Below, in pieces: positions 34,902 to 44,175 of a DNA stretch of 64,000 nt. The stretch comes from a virus. The stretch lies in the IMG/VR virus record IMGVR_UViG_3300047476_001057, positions 1 to 64,000 of that record; one strand, 5' to 3'. The notes under the pieces are model-generated. The model saw nothing but the letters and a program-made list of their open reading frames with translations. It ran no database searches and was not told the origin of the DNA. Within the stretch, counting starts at the first letter, position 1; every line of letters begins with the position of its first letter. A program made the position numbers and the translations under genes.

Positions 34902-36521
34902 ATGGCAACCCCAGTTCTTAACAATGGTATCTTTCTACGGGATACAAGCTACCAAACTAGCTCGCACGTAGATTCTTACCACCTTTCTAACCTGCTTAAA
35001 TCAGCAGAGCCAACTGACCTCGGTCCAGTTGACCTGTGGGCTATGGCACAAAAGGTAGAAATGCCTTTGTACCAGATGTCTTCTTTTGGCGGAAAGAACG
35101 TAATCTCTGTAGATAACGCACGTGGTGAGTACAAATGGCAAGTGCCTGTTGCACAAGATCTTCCTTATATCGTTGAAGACATTGAGTCTGCTAACGCTAC
35201 TAAAGGTATTGACGGTCAGTCTTTCAAGATCAAGATCAACAAGCGTTCTTTTGGTCATGGTGATATCGTCACTTATGACAAGTACAATGGTGTTGAAATG
35301 TACATCACTGCTGATGACATCATCCCTGCTGGCGATGGTTTCATTTACACAGTTCAGTTGGTGAACAATGACAACGCTAAGTATTTAGACAACAAATACC
35401 TCAAAGTTGGAACTAAAGTATTCCGTAAGGGTTCTGCCCGTGGTGAATACGGTGAAAGGTTCTCTGACTTGGGTAATGTATCAGCTGGTTTCCGTGAATT
35501 CTACAACTACGTTGGTGGTGCAGAAGCTCACGTACACTACAGCATCTCTTCTCGTGCAGACTTGATGTTGAAAGGTGGAATGAAAGCTGACGGAACTGTT
35601 CCTGTTATTGAGATGTGGAGAAACTTCGACAAGAGTGTTGATCCTTCTATTTCTAGCTTGGAAGACATGGCTTCTAAGATGGGTAAAGACTATGTAAAGA
35701 AAGCTTACCAATCTGGCCAGTTGTCTAGAACTTTCTTGACTACTTTGGAAGCAGCTCATTTGACTAAGATTGCTAACGACATCGAGACTTACCTTATGTG
35801 GGGTCAAGGTGGTAAAGTTAAGCAAGACGGTCCAGATGACATCAGACTTTCTGTTGGTCTTTGGAAGCAGCTTGACAACTCTTACAAGCGTATTTACAAC
35901 AAAGGTTCTTTCAACCTTGAGCTTTTCAAATCTGAGATCTTCAACTTCTTCAACGGTAAGGTTGAGTTCCAGGGTCCAGATCCTAAGCGTCAGTTGATTG
36001 TTCAAACCGGTATGGGTGGTATGAAGCTTGTTAACGAGGCAATTAAGAAGGAAGCTATCAACAGCGGACTTGTTATCAATGCTTCTGAGATCGGAGCTAT
36101 CACCGGTAAAGGTATGGATCTCAACTTTGGTTTTGCATACACTCAGTACGTTATTCCTTTCTTGGCTAACGTTAAGTTTGTATTGAACCCAGCGTTTGAT
36201 AACGTACACACTAATGACATTGAGAACCCAATCATTGACGGTTTCCCATTGTCTTCTTACAACTTCATCATTTTTGATATCACAGATAACACTAACGACA
36301 ACATCTTCATGTTGAAGCTTAGCTGGGATAATCAATTGAAATGGTTCTATCAGAACGGTACCATGGATTACATGGGACGTACTCAAGGATTCCAGAGCTC
36401 TGGTAACTTCAACGGTTACAGAGTGTTCATGACTCAAACAATGCCTGCTATCTGGGTGAAAGACCCAACCAAGGTGTTGAAGATCGTTATGAGGAACCCA
36501 ATCACTGGTGGATCATTCTAA
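34902..36521 (+). CDS. major capsid protein
   Basis: 539 aa, strong codon bias, canonical position, followed by a strong hairpin. Confidence 0.85.
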   Translation: MATPVLNNGIFLRDTSYQTSSHVDSYHLSNLLKSAEPTDLGPVDLWAMAQKVEMPLYQMSSFGGKNVISVDNARGEYKWQVPVAQDLPYIVEDIESANATKGIDGQSFKIKINKRSFGHGDIVTYDKYNGVEMYITADDIIPAGDGFIYTVQLVNNDNAKYLDNKYLKVGTKVFRKGSARGEYGERFSDLGNVSAGFREFYNYVGGAEAHVHYSISSRADLMLKGGMKADGTVPVIEMWRNFDKSVDPSISSLEDMASKMGKDYVKKAYQSGQLSRTFLTTLEAAHLTKIANDIETYLMWGQGGKVKQDGPDDIRLSVGLWKQLDNSYKRIYNKGSFNLELFKSEIFNFFNGKVEFQGPDPKRQLIVQTGMGGMKLVNEAIKKEAINSGLVINASEIGAITGKGMDLNFGFAYTQYVIPFLANVKFVLNPAFDNVHTNDIENPIIDGFPLSSYNFIIFDITDNTNDNIFMLKLSWDNQLKWFYQNGTMDYMGRTQGFQSSGNFNGYRVFMTQTMPAIWVKDPTKVLKIVMRNPITGGSF

Positions 36522-36534
36522 GATAATAGTCTAA

Positions 36535-36562
36535 ATCCGGGGGAGCCGTAACTCCTCCGGAT
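36535..36562 (+). terminator. strong 11-bp hairpin after the MCP gene (terminator or stabiliser)
   Basis: ATCCGGGGGAG-CCGTAA-CTCCTCCGGAT; no clean U-run. Confidence 0.5.
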
Positions 36563-36590
36563 GCGGACTTTCACTTAAAACCCCAAAACT

Positions 36591-36776
36591 ATGCAAGCAA
36601 TTATTGCTAAGCTCCTCGGAGCTAACCCTAAGACATCTATTCTCGGACTTTTGATTGCAGCCCTTGGTATCGTTCACGAAGCTTTGAAAGCTGGTGAAAC
36701 TGATTTCATGAATATTGCTATTGCAGTATTGATGGGTGTGCTTGGTCTTAAAGCTTCTGACGGAGCTAACAAGTAA
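36591..36776 (+). CDS. small two-TM membrane protein (holin-like)
   Basis: 61 aa with two hydrophobic helices. Confidence 0.55.
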   Translation: MQAIIAKLLGANPKTSILGLLIAALGIVHEALKAGETDFMNIAIAVLMGVLGLKASDGANK

Positions 36777-36913
36777 AAAAGTAACAGTACTCAGAAAGGA
36801 TAGCGGCCACCAGCTTAGCTGGCTAAAACACCCTCACTAGTCTGAGTCATTTTACCCCTCCTGGGATAGTATCCCCGGACCGTACCCCGCTTGGATCTCA
36901 GTATCCTGGCTCT

Positions 36914-36971
36914 AACCTGTTGTACGCAAACCGTGATGATCACACGGAGAGCTTGCAACTCTCAACAGGTT
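36914..36971 (+). ncRNA. compact three-way-junction RNA, tRNA-like but without a D-arm
   Basis: AACCTGTTG/CAACAGGTT 9 bp, CCGTG-ATGATCA-CACGG, AGAG-CTTGCAA-CTCT. Confidence 0.45.
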
Positions 36972-37024
36972 CAACATGAGGTCGCAGATTGCGGCCACTA
37001 GTTCAAAAACCAAAAAACCAAACT

Positions 37025-38038
37025 ATGAGTGTAACTATTGTAGAGAAGTATCCACAGAACAAACGTTCCAGCATTGCTATCAGACCTTTCTTTGATCCAA
37101 TGGTGGACAATATGGGACTTCAGAAGTATGGCTTATCTCTTTTTGATGGAGCCTTTCATGAAGAACCCATCACTTGTTTAGAGATTAATGGTATTAAAAG
37201 ATACGTTACCGGCCTTAATGAGTTTGCTCCTGAAGTAAAGGATCTTCCTTTAGAAGAACAGGAAGCAAAGATTAAACAGATTAGAGCTGTAGTAGCAGAA
37301 CTTGAAAAACAACTTGCTGCCAATGTGATTGATCCTAATGATGATCAGTTTTGGAACAAGGTGAAGCTTTTAAAACCAAACAATGATGAGTTCTGGGACA
37401 AGATAAAAATCCGTTGTGGTAACGAACCGGTATATCTAGAGCCTGAAAAAGACCCTTATGATCTCATCAGACTTTATGCAATAGACGCAGGTGGGTTTTC
37501 TATCGTAGCTAAATCTTTAGAAGAAGCACGCAGAATGCCAGTACCTCCTAAATTTTATCTGGACAAACTAGAAGAAACAGCTTCTATCCAGACAGAGGTG
37601 AAGAAACTTCGTAACAAAGCTTTGGCTGAATTACAGAAGTTGTTTGACAAAAATCAGAACAAGCTTCTTTATGTAGCTAAGGTTCTTGATCCAAACAGTG
37701 CTCAGTACAAGAAGTCAACTCCTAATGATGTAATCTATGATAACATGGATAAGTACATCAACGGTGAGCTGGTAGATAAAGACAAGCGTAAGACAGGACA
37801 AAGATTCCTGGATGCAGCTAACCTGGATATGGAAACCTTGAAGATCCGTGCTATTGTAAAAGATAGTGGCTACTTTAAGTTTATAGCTCCAAAAGCAGAT
37901 GGATTTATCTATCATATGAAGACTGGTACCATGATGGGAAGAACACCTTCTGATGCTGCAGAGTTTTTAAAGAACCCTATGAACGAAGAGATCCTGATAG
38001 ATCTTACCAAAGCAGTAGAAAAATACTGGAACCAGTAA
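37025..38038 (+). CDS. conserved post-MCP protein (crAss-like head/virion module)
   Basis: Probable start MSVTIVE at 37025; position in structural operon. Confidence 0.6.
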   Translation: MSVTIVEKYPQNKRSSIAIRPFFDPMVDNMGLQKYGLSLFDGAFHEEPITCLEINGIKRYVTGLNEFAPEVKDLPLEEQEAKIKQIRAVVAELEKQLAANVIDPNDDQFWNKVKLLKPNNDEFWDKIKIRCGNEPVYLEPEKDPYDLIRLYAIDAGGFSIVAKSLEEARRMPVPPKFYLDKLEETASIQTEVKKLRNKALAELQKLFDKNQNKLLYVAKVLDPNSAQYKKSTPNDVIYDNMDKYINGELVDKDKRKTGQRFLDAANLDMETLKIRAIVKDSGYFKFIAPKADGFIYHMKTGTMMGRTPSDAAEFLKNPMNEEILIDLTKAVEKYWNQ

Positions 38039-38044
38039 TAAGAT

Positions 38045-38743
38045 ATGACAAACGCTCTCATACAGATTAAGATTAAGCAAAGATTGAATAAGCTGGCATC
38101 ACTGGATTATGATAATCTGGAGTGCTGGCAGATTCAGGAAGCTTTCAATAAAGCTCAGCTAGAATGGGTGCGTAGGATGATCTACGGCATGAACATTCGT
38201 AGAGAAAGTTCAGAGCAAACCACAGGTCTTATAGATGATCTACGCGTTCTTTTAACCAGTAGTAGTCTTGTTTCTGTTGATAAAGGAATCTTCTATGAAG
38301 GTCAATTGCCTGCAGACTATCTCTACTACGTAAGAGTAGACACTATGGCTAAATCTGAATGCTGCCCTGAAAGAAGGATGGTGGTGTATGAAGTGGAAGA
38401 AGCCAACATGGGAATCTTACTTATTTCTGATACAAAGGGACCCAGCTTTGAATGGGCTGAAACACTAAGCACTCTGGTAGGAGATAAAGTGAGGGTGTAT
38501 ACAAATGATGAGTTTGACATAACCTCTATGACACTTGTATACTACCGCAGACCAAGAGACGTAAAGTTTAATGGTTGCGTGGATCCTTCTACCGGTCAGT
38601 CAATAATTGCAGATGTTATCTGTGAATTTAAAGATGATATAGCCGAGATCCTTGTAGACGAAGCAGCAGCTATTTTGGCAGGAGATATAGAAAGTATGAA
38701 TCAGTATCAGAGAGAAACTCAAAATGCACAAAGAAATAGCTAA
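38045..38743 (+). CDS. head-tail ring/adaptor-like protein
   Basis: FNKAQLEWV...EQT....DDLRVL pattern resembles crAss-like ring proteins. Confidence 0.6.
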   Translation: MTNALIQIKIKQRLNKLASLDYDNLECWQIQEAFNKAQLEWVRRMIYGMNIRRESSEQTTGLIDDLRVLLTSSSLVSVDKGIFYEGQLPADYLYYVRVDTMAKSECCPERRMVVYEVEEANMGILLISDTKGPSFEWAETLSTLVGDKVRVYTNDEFDITSMTLVYYRRPRDVKFNGCVDPSTGQSIIADVICEFKDDIAEILVDEAAAILAGDIESMNQYQRETQNAQRNS

Positions 38744-39159
38744 TGGCACTAACTAAGATACCTAGACCAGCTCCTATGGGCCCATGTACAGAGACAGCAG
38801 CTATGATTGCTCATGCTCAGGCACTGACTGTAAGCATACATCAGTTGCACCTGAAGATTTCAGGACCTGGATCATATGCAGCTCATAAAGCTCTTGGTAA
38901 TTTCTACGAAGATTTACCCGGACTGATTGACTCAGTAGCAGAACAATACCAAGGAGCCAGGGAAAAGATCCTGGATATTCCAGCGGTAGCAGCTTACAAG
39001 TGTGGATCTGTACAAGAAGCTCTTTCTCACATGAAAGAACTATATAACGAGATCCAGGAGTTGCAGAAGATCATGCCTTTCTCAGAGATTGTAAACCAGT
39101 TGGATGAGATGAAAAGCCTTATAGCTTCTACCAAGTACAAACTAATGTTCTTACAATAA
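38743..39159 (+). CDS. ferritin/Dps-like four-helix protein (DUF5856-like)
   Basis: HQLHL...YAAHKALGNFYEDL..LIDSVAEQYQG and YKLMFLQ end. Confidence 0.75.
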   Translation: MALTKIPRPAPMGPCTETAAMIAHAQALTVSIHQLHLKISGPGSYAAHKALGNFYEDLPGLIDSVAEQYQGAREKILDIPAVAAYKCGSVQEALSHMKELYNEIQELQKIMPFSEIVNQLDEMKSLIASTKYKLMFLQ

Positions 39160-39197
39160 CTTATTTTTTTATTTATAACCCCTAAATCTAAAGCCCT

Positions 39198-40580
39198 ATG
39201 TATTTTCCTCATGCCTTTAGAAAGAGCTATATTCCTGCCGTATCAGGCGGATCTCTTTCGCTCGCATCAAGTGGCTCTACCGCTGCCCTCACTGCAGGTC
39301 AGTTGGGTGTGTTCAATGCTCAGTCTTTTGCAGCATTGACCTCTGGAGCAGCCACTCCGTTTATCATTGCTCAAGGTTCTTACTTTGCTGCTGACAAAAT
39401 TGGTCCCGTACACGGTGGTTACCAAGAGTCAATCAAGTCTAAAGTGATCAACCCTAAGTACATCAGCCGTGTTATCAAGGTTGCTGGTAAGTCAGCTCAG
39501 AACCAAGTTGTATCTGTATCTGCAGCTGTAGGATGTGACATCGTATGTGACAAGACCTACAGACTCCGTTTGGATATTAAAGGTTCTCCTGCTCTCCGTT
39601 TCTTGAGCCACAACTTGTATCGTACTTTGGATGCTTACACTGGATGTTGTGCAGTTGATGGTCAGGTTAACTTGGTTGACCCGGCTTCTGTACTTCTTTC
39701 TTGGAAAGACCAGATTAACGACTGGCCTTTGATGAAAGATTTTGTTCAGGCTAAAGTGTTCAAGATGTCTACAGCTTCTGTAGCTATCAACCCAACTGCT
39801 GCTTCTGCAACTATCGTTGTAGCAAACGCTGACGCTGCTAGCTTCCAGGTAGGTGAGAAGGTTGTTCATGCTTCTTTGGCTGGCAACTCTATCGTTGTAT
39901 CTGTTGGTGCTGCTGATTCAGCTGGTGCTGGTAATGCTAACATCGTATTGAGTAAAGCTGCTATTGCTTCTACAGACGGTAACGCTAAGATCTACTCTGA
40001 GATTAGCTCTGCTTCTTACGTAGCTGCTACTGGTGCTGCAATTGACTCAGTTGATGCTCATCTTGACATTGCTGTATCTTATGTAGATACTAAGTTTGGT
40101 GCTGCTACTTTCACTCCAACTGACTTCTACGAATTGGAGCCACTTTTTGTGTATCCTTCATTTGTAGATGAGAGCGGTGAGCCTTGTGAAGTTAAATGCT
40201 TCTCTAGTGCAGAAATCCAAGCTCCTCGTCAGGCTTCTGGTCTTGGTGAAACTGTACTTCGTGACCTTATCCTTTCTAGCCGTTATGCTCAGAATGCTTA
40301 CCCTGACAGCGGACGTGTTGAGTCTTTCCGTATGAGAGAGATTGAAACTGATCCAAAGATCCAGGAACTTTCTAGCGTAGCTAACAGGAACAGCTTGTTC
40401 GATCAGGTAATGATCCTTCACTCTGTACCTCGTTTCAACAACCCTACCGGTACATTTGACAATGACCAGTATTTGTTGGTGGTGCATGTTCCTGCTGGAA
40501 CTAACGTATCTGCTCTGACTGACTTCGTAGTCAACTCAGCGGTAGCTGCTGGTAACGCAGTATCTTTGGAAAGCTTCTAA
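39198..40580 (+). CDS. abundant virion structural protein (auxiliary capsid/decoration candidate)
   Basis: 460 aa, Ala/Ser-rich, MCP-like codon bias, followed by a terminator. Confidence 0.6.
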   Translation: MYFPHAFRKSYIPAVSGGSLSLASSGSTAALTAGQLGVFNAQSFAALTSGAATPFIIAQGSYFAADKIGPVHGGYQESIKSKVINPKYISRVIKVAGKSAQNQVVSVSAAVGCDIVCDKTYRLRLDIKGSPALRFLSHNLYRTLDAYTGCCAVDGQVNLVDPASVLLSWKDQINDWPLMKDFVQAKVFKMSTASVAINPTAASATIVVANADAASFQVGEKVVHASLAGNSIVVSVGAADSAGAGNANIVLSKAAIASTDGNAKIYSEISSASYVAATGAAIDSVDAHLDIAVSYVDTKFGAATFTPTDFYELEPLFVYPSFVDESGEPCEVKCFSSAEIQAPRQASGLGETVLRDLILSSRYAQNAYPDSGRVESFRMREIETDPKIQELSSVANRNSLFDQVMILHSVPRFNNPTGTFDNDQYLLVVHVPAGTNVSALTDFVVNSAVAAGNAVSLESF

Positions 40581-40606
40581 GCTCTACAAAATATCCACAG
40601 AAAAAC

Positions 40607-40636
40607 GGGAGGGTGTATGCCCTCCTTTTTTCTTTT
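40607..40636 (+). terminator. intrinsic terminator
   Basis: GGGAGGG-TGTATG-CCCTCC followed by a T-run. Confidence 0.8.
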
Positions 40637-40715
40637 GGACAGGTCCGCAAGATTTTGTATATTATTATTGAGAACCTCTACATATTTCTATATAAATCTA
40701 TAAAGTTTACAACTC

Positions 40716-41258
40716 ATGGCCAGCAAACATCAGTTAAGTTTAGAGCTGCCTGATACAAACAATATCAAGGTATTACGCATTTTTGACACATCTCTTTACG
40801 GAGAAGGTCTGAATGTAGACTGTGCCACTCTCAGAGTAACTGCTCCTGGTTTTAACATGCCTCGTTCTATAGAGGTACTTCCCCACTTTAATTTAGTACT
40901 TAATGCTTGTAGTCTTGGACTACAAAACACCGGATGTGGAGAGATTTCTCAGATCCTTCCTGACGGTATTTACGTTATAAACTATTCTGTTTCTCCTAAT
41001 AATAGTGTGTATGTAGAATATAACCATTTGCGTATGACCCAAACGGTCAACCGGTGGTATAATTTGTTATGTGAAGTGGAGCTGTCAGGTTGTGAACCTG
41101 ATGCTGATGTAAAAGAACAACTTGAAGAATTAAGACAAATAAAGAGCTTTCTTGATGCAGCTAAAGCCAAGGTGGAATATTGTCATGAAGCTGAGAAAGG
41201 TATGGAGCTTTTTCTGTATGCAAAGAAAAGACTGGATAAACTTACAGCTACCTGTTAA
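40716..41258 (+). CDS. virion-module hypothetical protein
   Basis: 180 aa, Cys-containing, PDGIYVINYSVSP motif. Confidence 0.6.
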   Translation: MASKHQLSLELPDTNNIKVLRIFDTSLYGEGLNVDCATLRVTAPGFNMPRSIEVLPHFNLVLNACSLGLQNTGCGEISQILPDGIYVINYSVSPNNSVYVEYNHLRMTQTVNRWYNLLCEVELSGCEPDADVKEQLEELRQIKSFLDAAKAKVEYCHEAEKGMELFLYAKKRLDKLTATC

Positions 41259-41270
41259 AACCAAACCTAT

Positions 41271-41420
41271 ATGAAAACATGTACAAACTGCGGTGCTCAA
41301 ATCACTTGCGGGTGCCAAGAAAGAACAGCTTCAAACGGAAAACAAGTATGTTCTAATTGCATTACAGCTTATGAGAACAGTCTCCAAACACTAACTAATG
41401 AGAAGCCTCCTAGCCAATAA
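41271..41420 (+). CDS. 49-aa Cys-rich Zn-finger-like miniprotein
   Basis: Read by hand, below track cut-off: MKTCTNCGAQITCGCQERTASNGKQVCSNC... Confidence 0.65.
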   Translation: MKTCTNCGAQITCGCQERTASNGKQVCSNCITAYENSLQTLTNEKPPSQ

Positions 41421-41994
41421 AGTCAAATATTACAAGTCTTTTGCTGATACTGTCTACGCAGACTATAAAAAGCTGCGTTATGGGATAGCTACGTGTAAAC
41501 CTACCGCTGATATGGACCTGGCTATGGTACGTAAAGACATTGTAGACTGGCAGAGTAATGAAGATGATGGTGCACTTTCTGATGTGCAGATTCAGTACCA
41601 GACATGGCTACCTGTAGAATATGATGATGTATTGTATTCAAGAGGTGGAACTGGGTATATTCAGACAGGTACACCTACTACTCCTGCACCATTTGGTGTA
41701 AGTTATAATTACGGCAACGGTTCTCAAAACATTATAGAAGTTAATGCCGGTGGTTGTATTACCAGGATTAATCTTAATCCTGCTATTACAATCAACCAAA
41801 ATACTGCTTTTGAGTTTACTCAAGCTACACCAGCTACTACATGGGATATTATACACAACATGGGTATTACTCCTAATGTTTTTACAGAAGATACAAGTGG
41901 TAATGACATAGAAGGTGTAATAGAAGTGGTTAACAGCAATAGGATCAAAATATACTTCACTCAGGCCGTAGCTGGTAAAGCTTTCTTATCATAA
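41398..41994 (+). CDS. virion structural protein
   Basis: C-terminal FTQATPATTWDIIHNMG...AGKAFLS beta domain, related to the C-terminus of the next gene. Confidence 0.65.
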   Translation: MRSLLANKVKYYKSFADTVYADYKKLRYGIATCKPTADMDLAMVRKDIVDWQSNEDDGALSDVQIQYQTWLPVEYDDVLYSRGGTGYIQTGTPTTPAPFGVSYNYGNGSQNIIEVNAGGCITRINLNPAITINQNTAFEFTQATPATTWDIIHNMGITPNVFTEDTSGNDIEGVIEVVNSNRIKIYFTQAVAGKAFLS

Positions 41995-41995
41995 C

Positions 41996-42526
41996 ATGGC
42001 AGTAAAAAAGTATTTACACGACATTGATCTTTCTACTAACCGGTTGTTAAATGCCAGGTTAAGCCCTATTACTTCGGCAGAAAGAACAGCATTAGCATCT
42101 CTTTATAATGCTGATGACAAGGGTGTGTTAGTGTATGATACGGATGAAGAAACTTTTTACGGCTGGACAGGTAATGCCTGGGTTTCTATGGCTGGTATTT
42201 CCACCGTAGAACTTCAGCAATTAGACTTTGCATATAACAACTCGGTTACAAGTGTGGATTTGGTGTCTACTGCTACAGAGATGACTATCACTATTAACCG
42301 TCAGAATGCTCCGTCTATATCCGACTTTAGAAAGTATGCCCACATGCATACCCAGACGTTAGCTTCTGCTACTTGGACTGTAGCTCACAACCTGGGAAAA
42401 AATCCAAGTGTCTCTATTGTAGACAGTGCGGAAGAAGAAGTGATAGGAGAGGTACAACACGTAGATGTAAATAATCTCATCATAAGATTCTCGGCTGCAT
42501 TCAGCGGGAAAGCGTATTTAAACTAA
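41996..42526 (+). CDS. virion structural protein
   Basis: HTQTLASATWTVAHNLGKNP...FSGKAYLN domain. Confidence 0.65.
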   Translation: MAVKKYLHDIDLSTNRLLNARLSPITSAERTALASLYNADDKGVLVYDTDEETFYGWTGNAWVSMAGISTVELQQLDFAYNNSVTSVDLVSTATEMTITINRQNAPSISDFRKYAHMHTQTLASATWTVAHNLGKNPSVSIVDSAEEEVIGEVQHVDVNNLIIRFSAAFSGKAYLN

Positions 42527-42545
42527 ACTAAGAAAAATCTAAGCC

Positions 42546-43748
42546 ATGGCTAAAAAGTTTTTAACTAATCTAGACCTCACGAAAAACCAGATACTCAACG
42601 TAGCGTTGCATAATCTGGCTTCAGCTCCTGGTACACCGGTTCAAGGTCAGGTGTATTTTAACACTACAGACAAGAAGATTTATTACTATGACAGTACTGC
42701 CTGGATAGACATTTCAGGTGATATTCGTGATGTAATAGGTGGTAGTGGTCTTACTGCTGCTAACGTTGATGGTGCAGTTACTCTTGATGTAAATGTAGAT
42801 AATGCTACCATTGAGATTTCTGCAGATACTCTCCGTGTAAAAGATCTTGGTATCAGCACTGGTAAACTTGCAGATAGTGCTGTAACTACAATCAAGATTA
42901 ATGCTAATGCCGTAACCTTTGCTAAGATTCAGCAGATTGCTGCATTGAGAGTACTTGGTAACATGGGTGGCGGTGTTGCTGATGTAGCAGAAGTTACTGT
43001 TATTACAGACATGGCTAATGCCAGTTCAACTACTCTTGCAACATCTTCTGCTATCAAGACTTATATTGATGGTCAGGTTGGTGAACTAGGTAATCTTGAA
43101 GGTGGATGGGATGCTTCAAGCGGATCATTTCCTGTAGGTTCTACACCAGTTTCAGGTACTAAAAAAGGTGATTACTGGTATGTTACTACTGCTGGTACAA
43201 CCGGTGGTATTGTTTTCAACGTAGGTGATGTTATTATTGCCAATAAAAATGCTGCTTCTACATCATCTGCAGCTGACTGGATTGCTCTTGAAGTAAATCG
43301 TGGTCAGGCTTCCACAACTGTACTTGGCTTGGTAACTCTTGCAACAGATGCAGAAGTACAAACAGGTACTGATTCTAACAAGGCGATAACTCCTTCTTCT
43401 CTTTCTGCACGTACAGCTACTGAAACTCGTACAGGTTTGGCAGAGATAGCTACTCAAGCGGAAGTTGGTGCAGGTACCGATGACACCAGGTTTATTACTC
43501 CTCTCAAATTAGTCACTCACTTACAAGGTTATGTTGGCGGTTATGCTACAAACATTGGTGATGGAAGTGCTACATCTTTTGCTCTTTCTCATGGTCTGAA
43601 CTCTTCAGACGTAGTTATATCTGTTTATGATAATGCTACCAAAGAAGAAGTAATTACAGATGTTGCAATTACATCAGCTTCAGTAGTAACTGTAAGTTTT
43701 GCTGTTGCACCGACTACTAACGCCTATCGTGTAGTTATTAAAAAATAA
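42546..43748 (+). CDS. tail/head fibre protein
   Basis: Ala/Thr-rich; ATxAEVxxGTD repeats; C-terminal HGLN..D domain. Confidence 0.7.
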   Translation: MAKKFLTNLDLTKNQILNVALHNLASAPGTPVQGQVYFNTTDKKIYYYDSTAWIDISGDIRDVIGGSGLTAANVDGAVTLDVNVDNATIEISADTLRVKDLGISTGKLADSAVTTIKINANAVTFAKIQQIAALRVLGNMGGGVADVAEVTVITDMANASSTTLATSSAIKTYIDGQVGELGNLEGGWDASSGSFPVGSTPVSGTKKGDYWYVTTAGTTGGIVFNVGDVIIANKNAASTSSAADWIALEVNRGQASTTVLGLVTLATDAEVQTGTDSNKAITPSSLSARTATETRTGLAEIATQAEVGAGTDDTRFITPLKLVTHLQGYVGGYATNIGDGSATSFALSHGLNSSDVVISVYDNATKEEVITDVAITSASVVTVSFAVAPTTNAYRVVIKK

Positions 43749-43757
43749 TAACCCTGG

Positions 43758-44156
43758 ATGAGGTTTTTAACTCAAATACTTGCAAAAGCAGGGATTACAG
43801 TAGATGGTACAGCAACACTAAATAATTTAGCTAATGCTGCAGCAGATACTGATAGATTTCTAGTAAGTGACTCCGGTGTGGTTAAGTACCGCACCGGAGC
43901 TCAACTTATGAGTGATCTTATGGACCGTATGCAGTCCGATTATGATTACAACATAGGAGGAACTAAAAACAGTACAAATAAAACTTTTATATTATCATCA
44001 AATTATATAGCTGGATCAACCAGAGTTTATATGAATGGTATACGTCTTACTCCTGGTGCTGAGTATGATTATGTTGAAGCAGGCACTAACCAAATAACTT
44101 TTACTAATGCACCAGACTCTGGTGATCTTATTGTTGTTGATTATATTAAATCCTAA
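43758..44156 (+). CDS. fibre-associated protein
   Basis: VYMNGIRL...DY.E...ITF...P..GD domain shared with 44176 and 46046. Confidence 0.65.
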   Translation: MRFLTQILAKAGITVDGTATLNNLANAAADTDRFLVSDSGVVKYRTGAQLMSDLMDRMQSDYDYNIGGTKNSTNKTFILSSNYIAGSTRVYMNGIRLTPGAEYDYVEAGTNQITFTNAPDSGDLIVVDYIKS

Positions 44157-44175
44157 CCCATAAAACTATTTAAAA

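Noticed and set aside
35481-36437. Long antisense ORF in the MCP gene, and many similar shadow ORFs in the track
   Set aside because: Explained by the strong codon bias of the sense gene; no start context or motifs.
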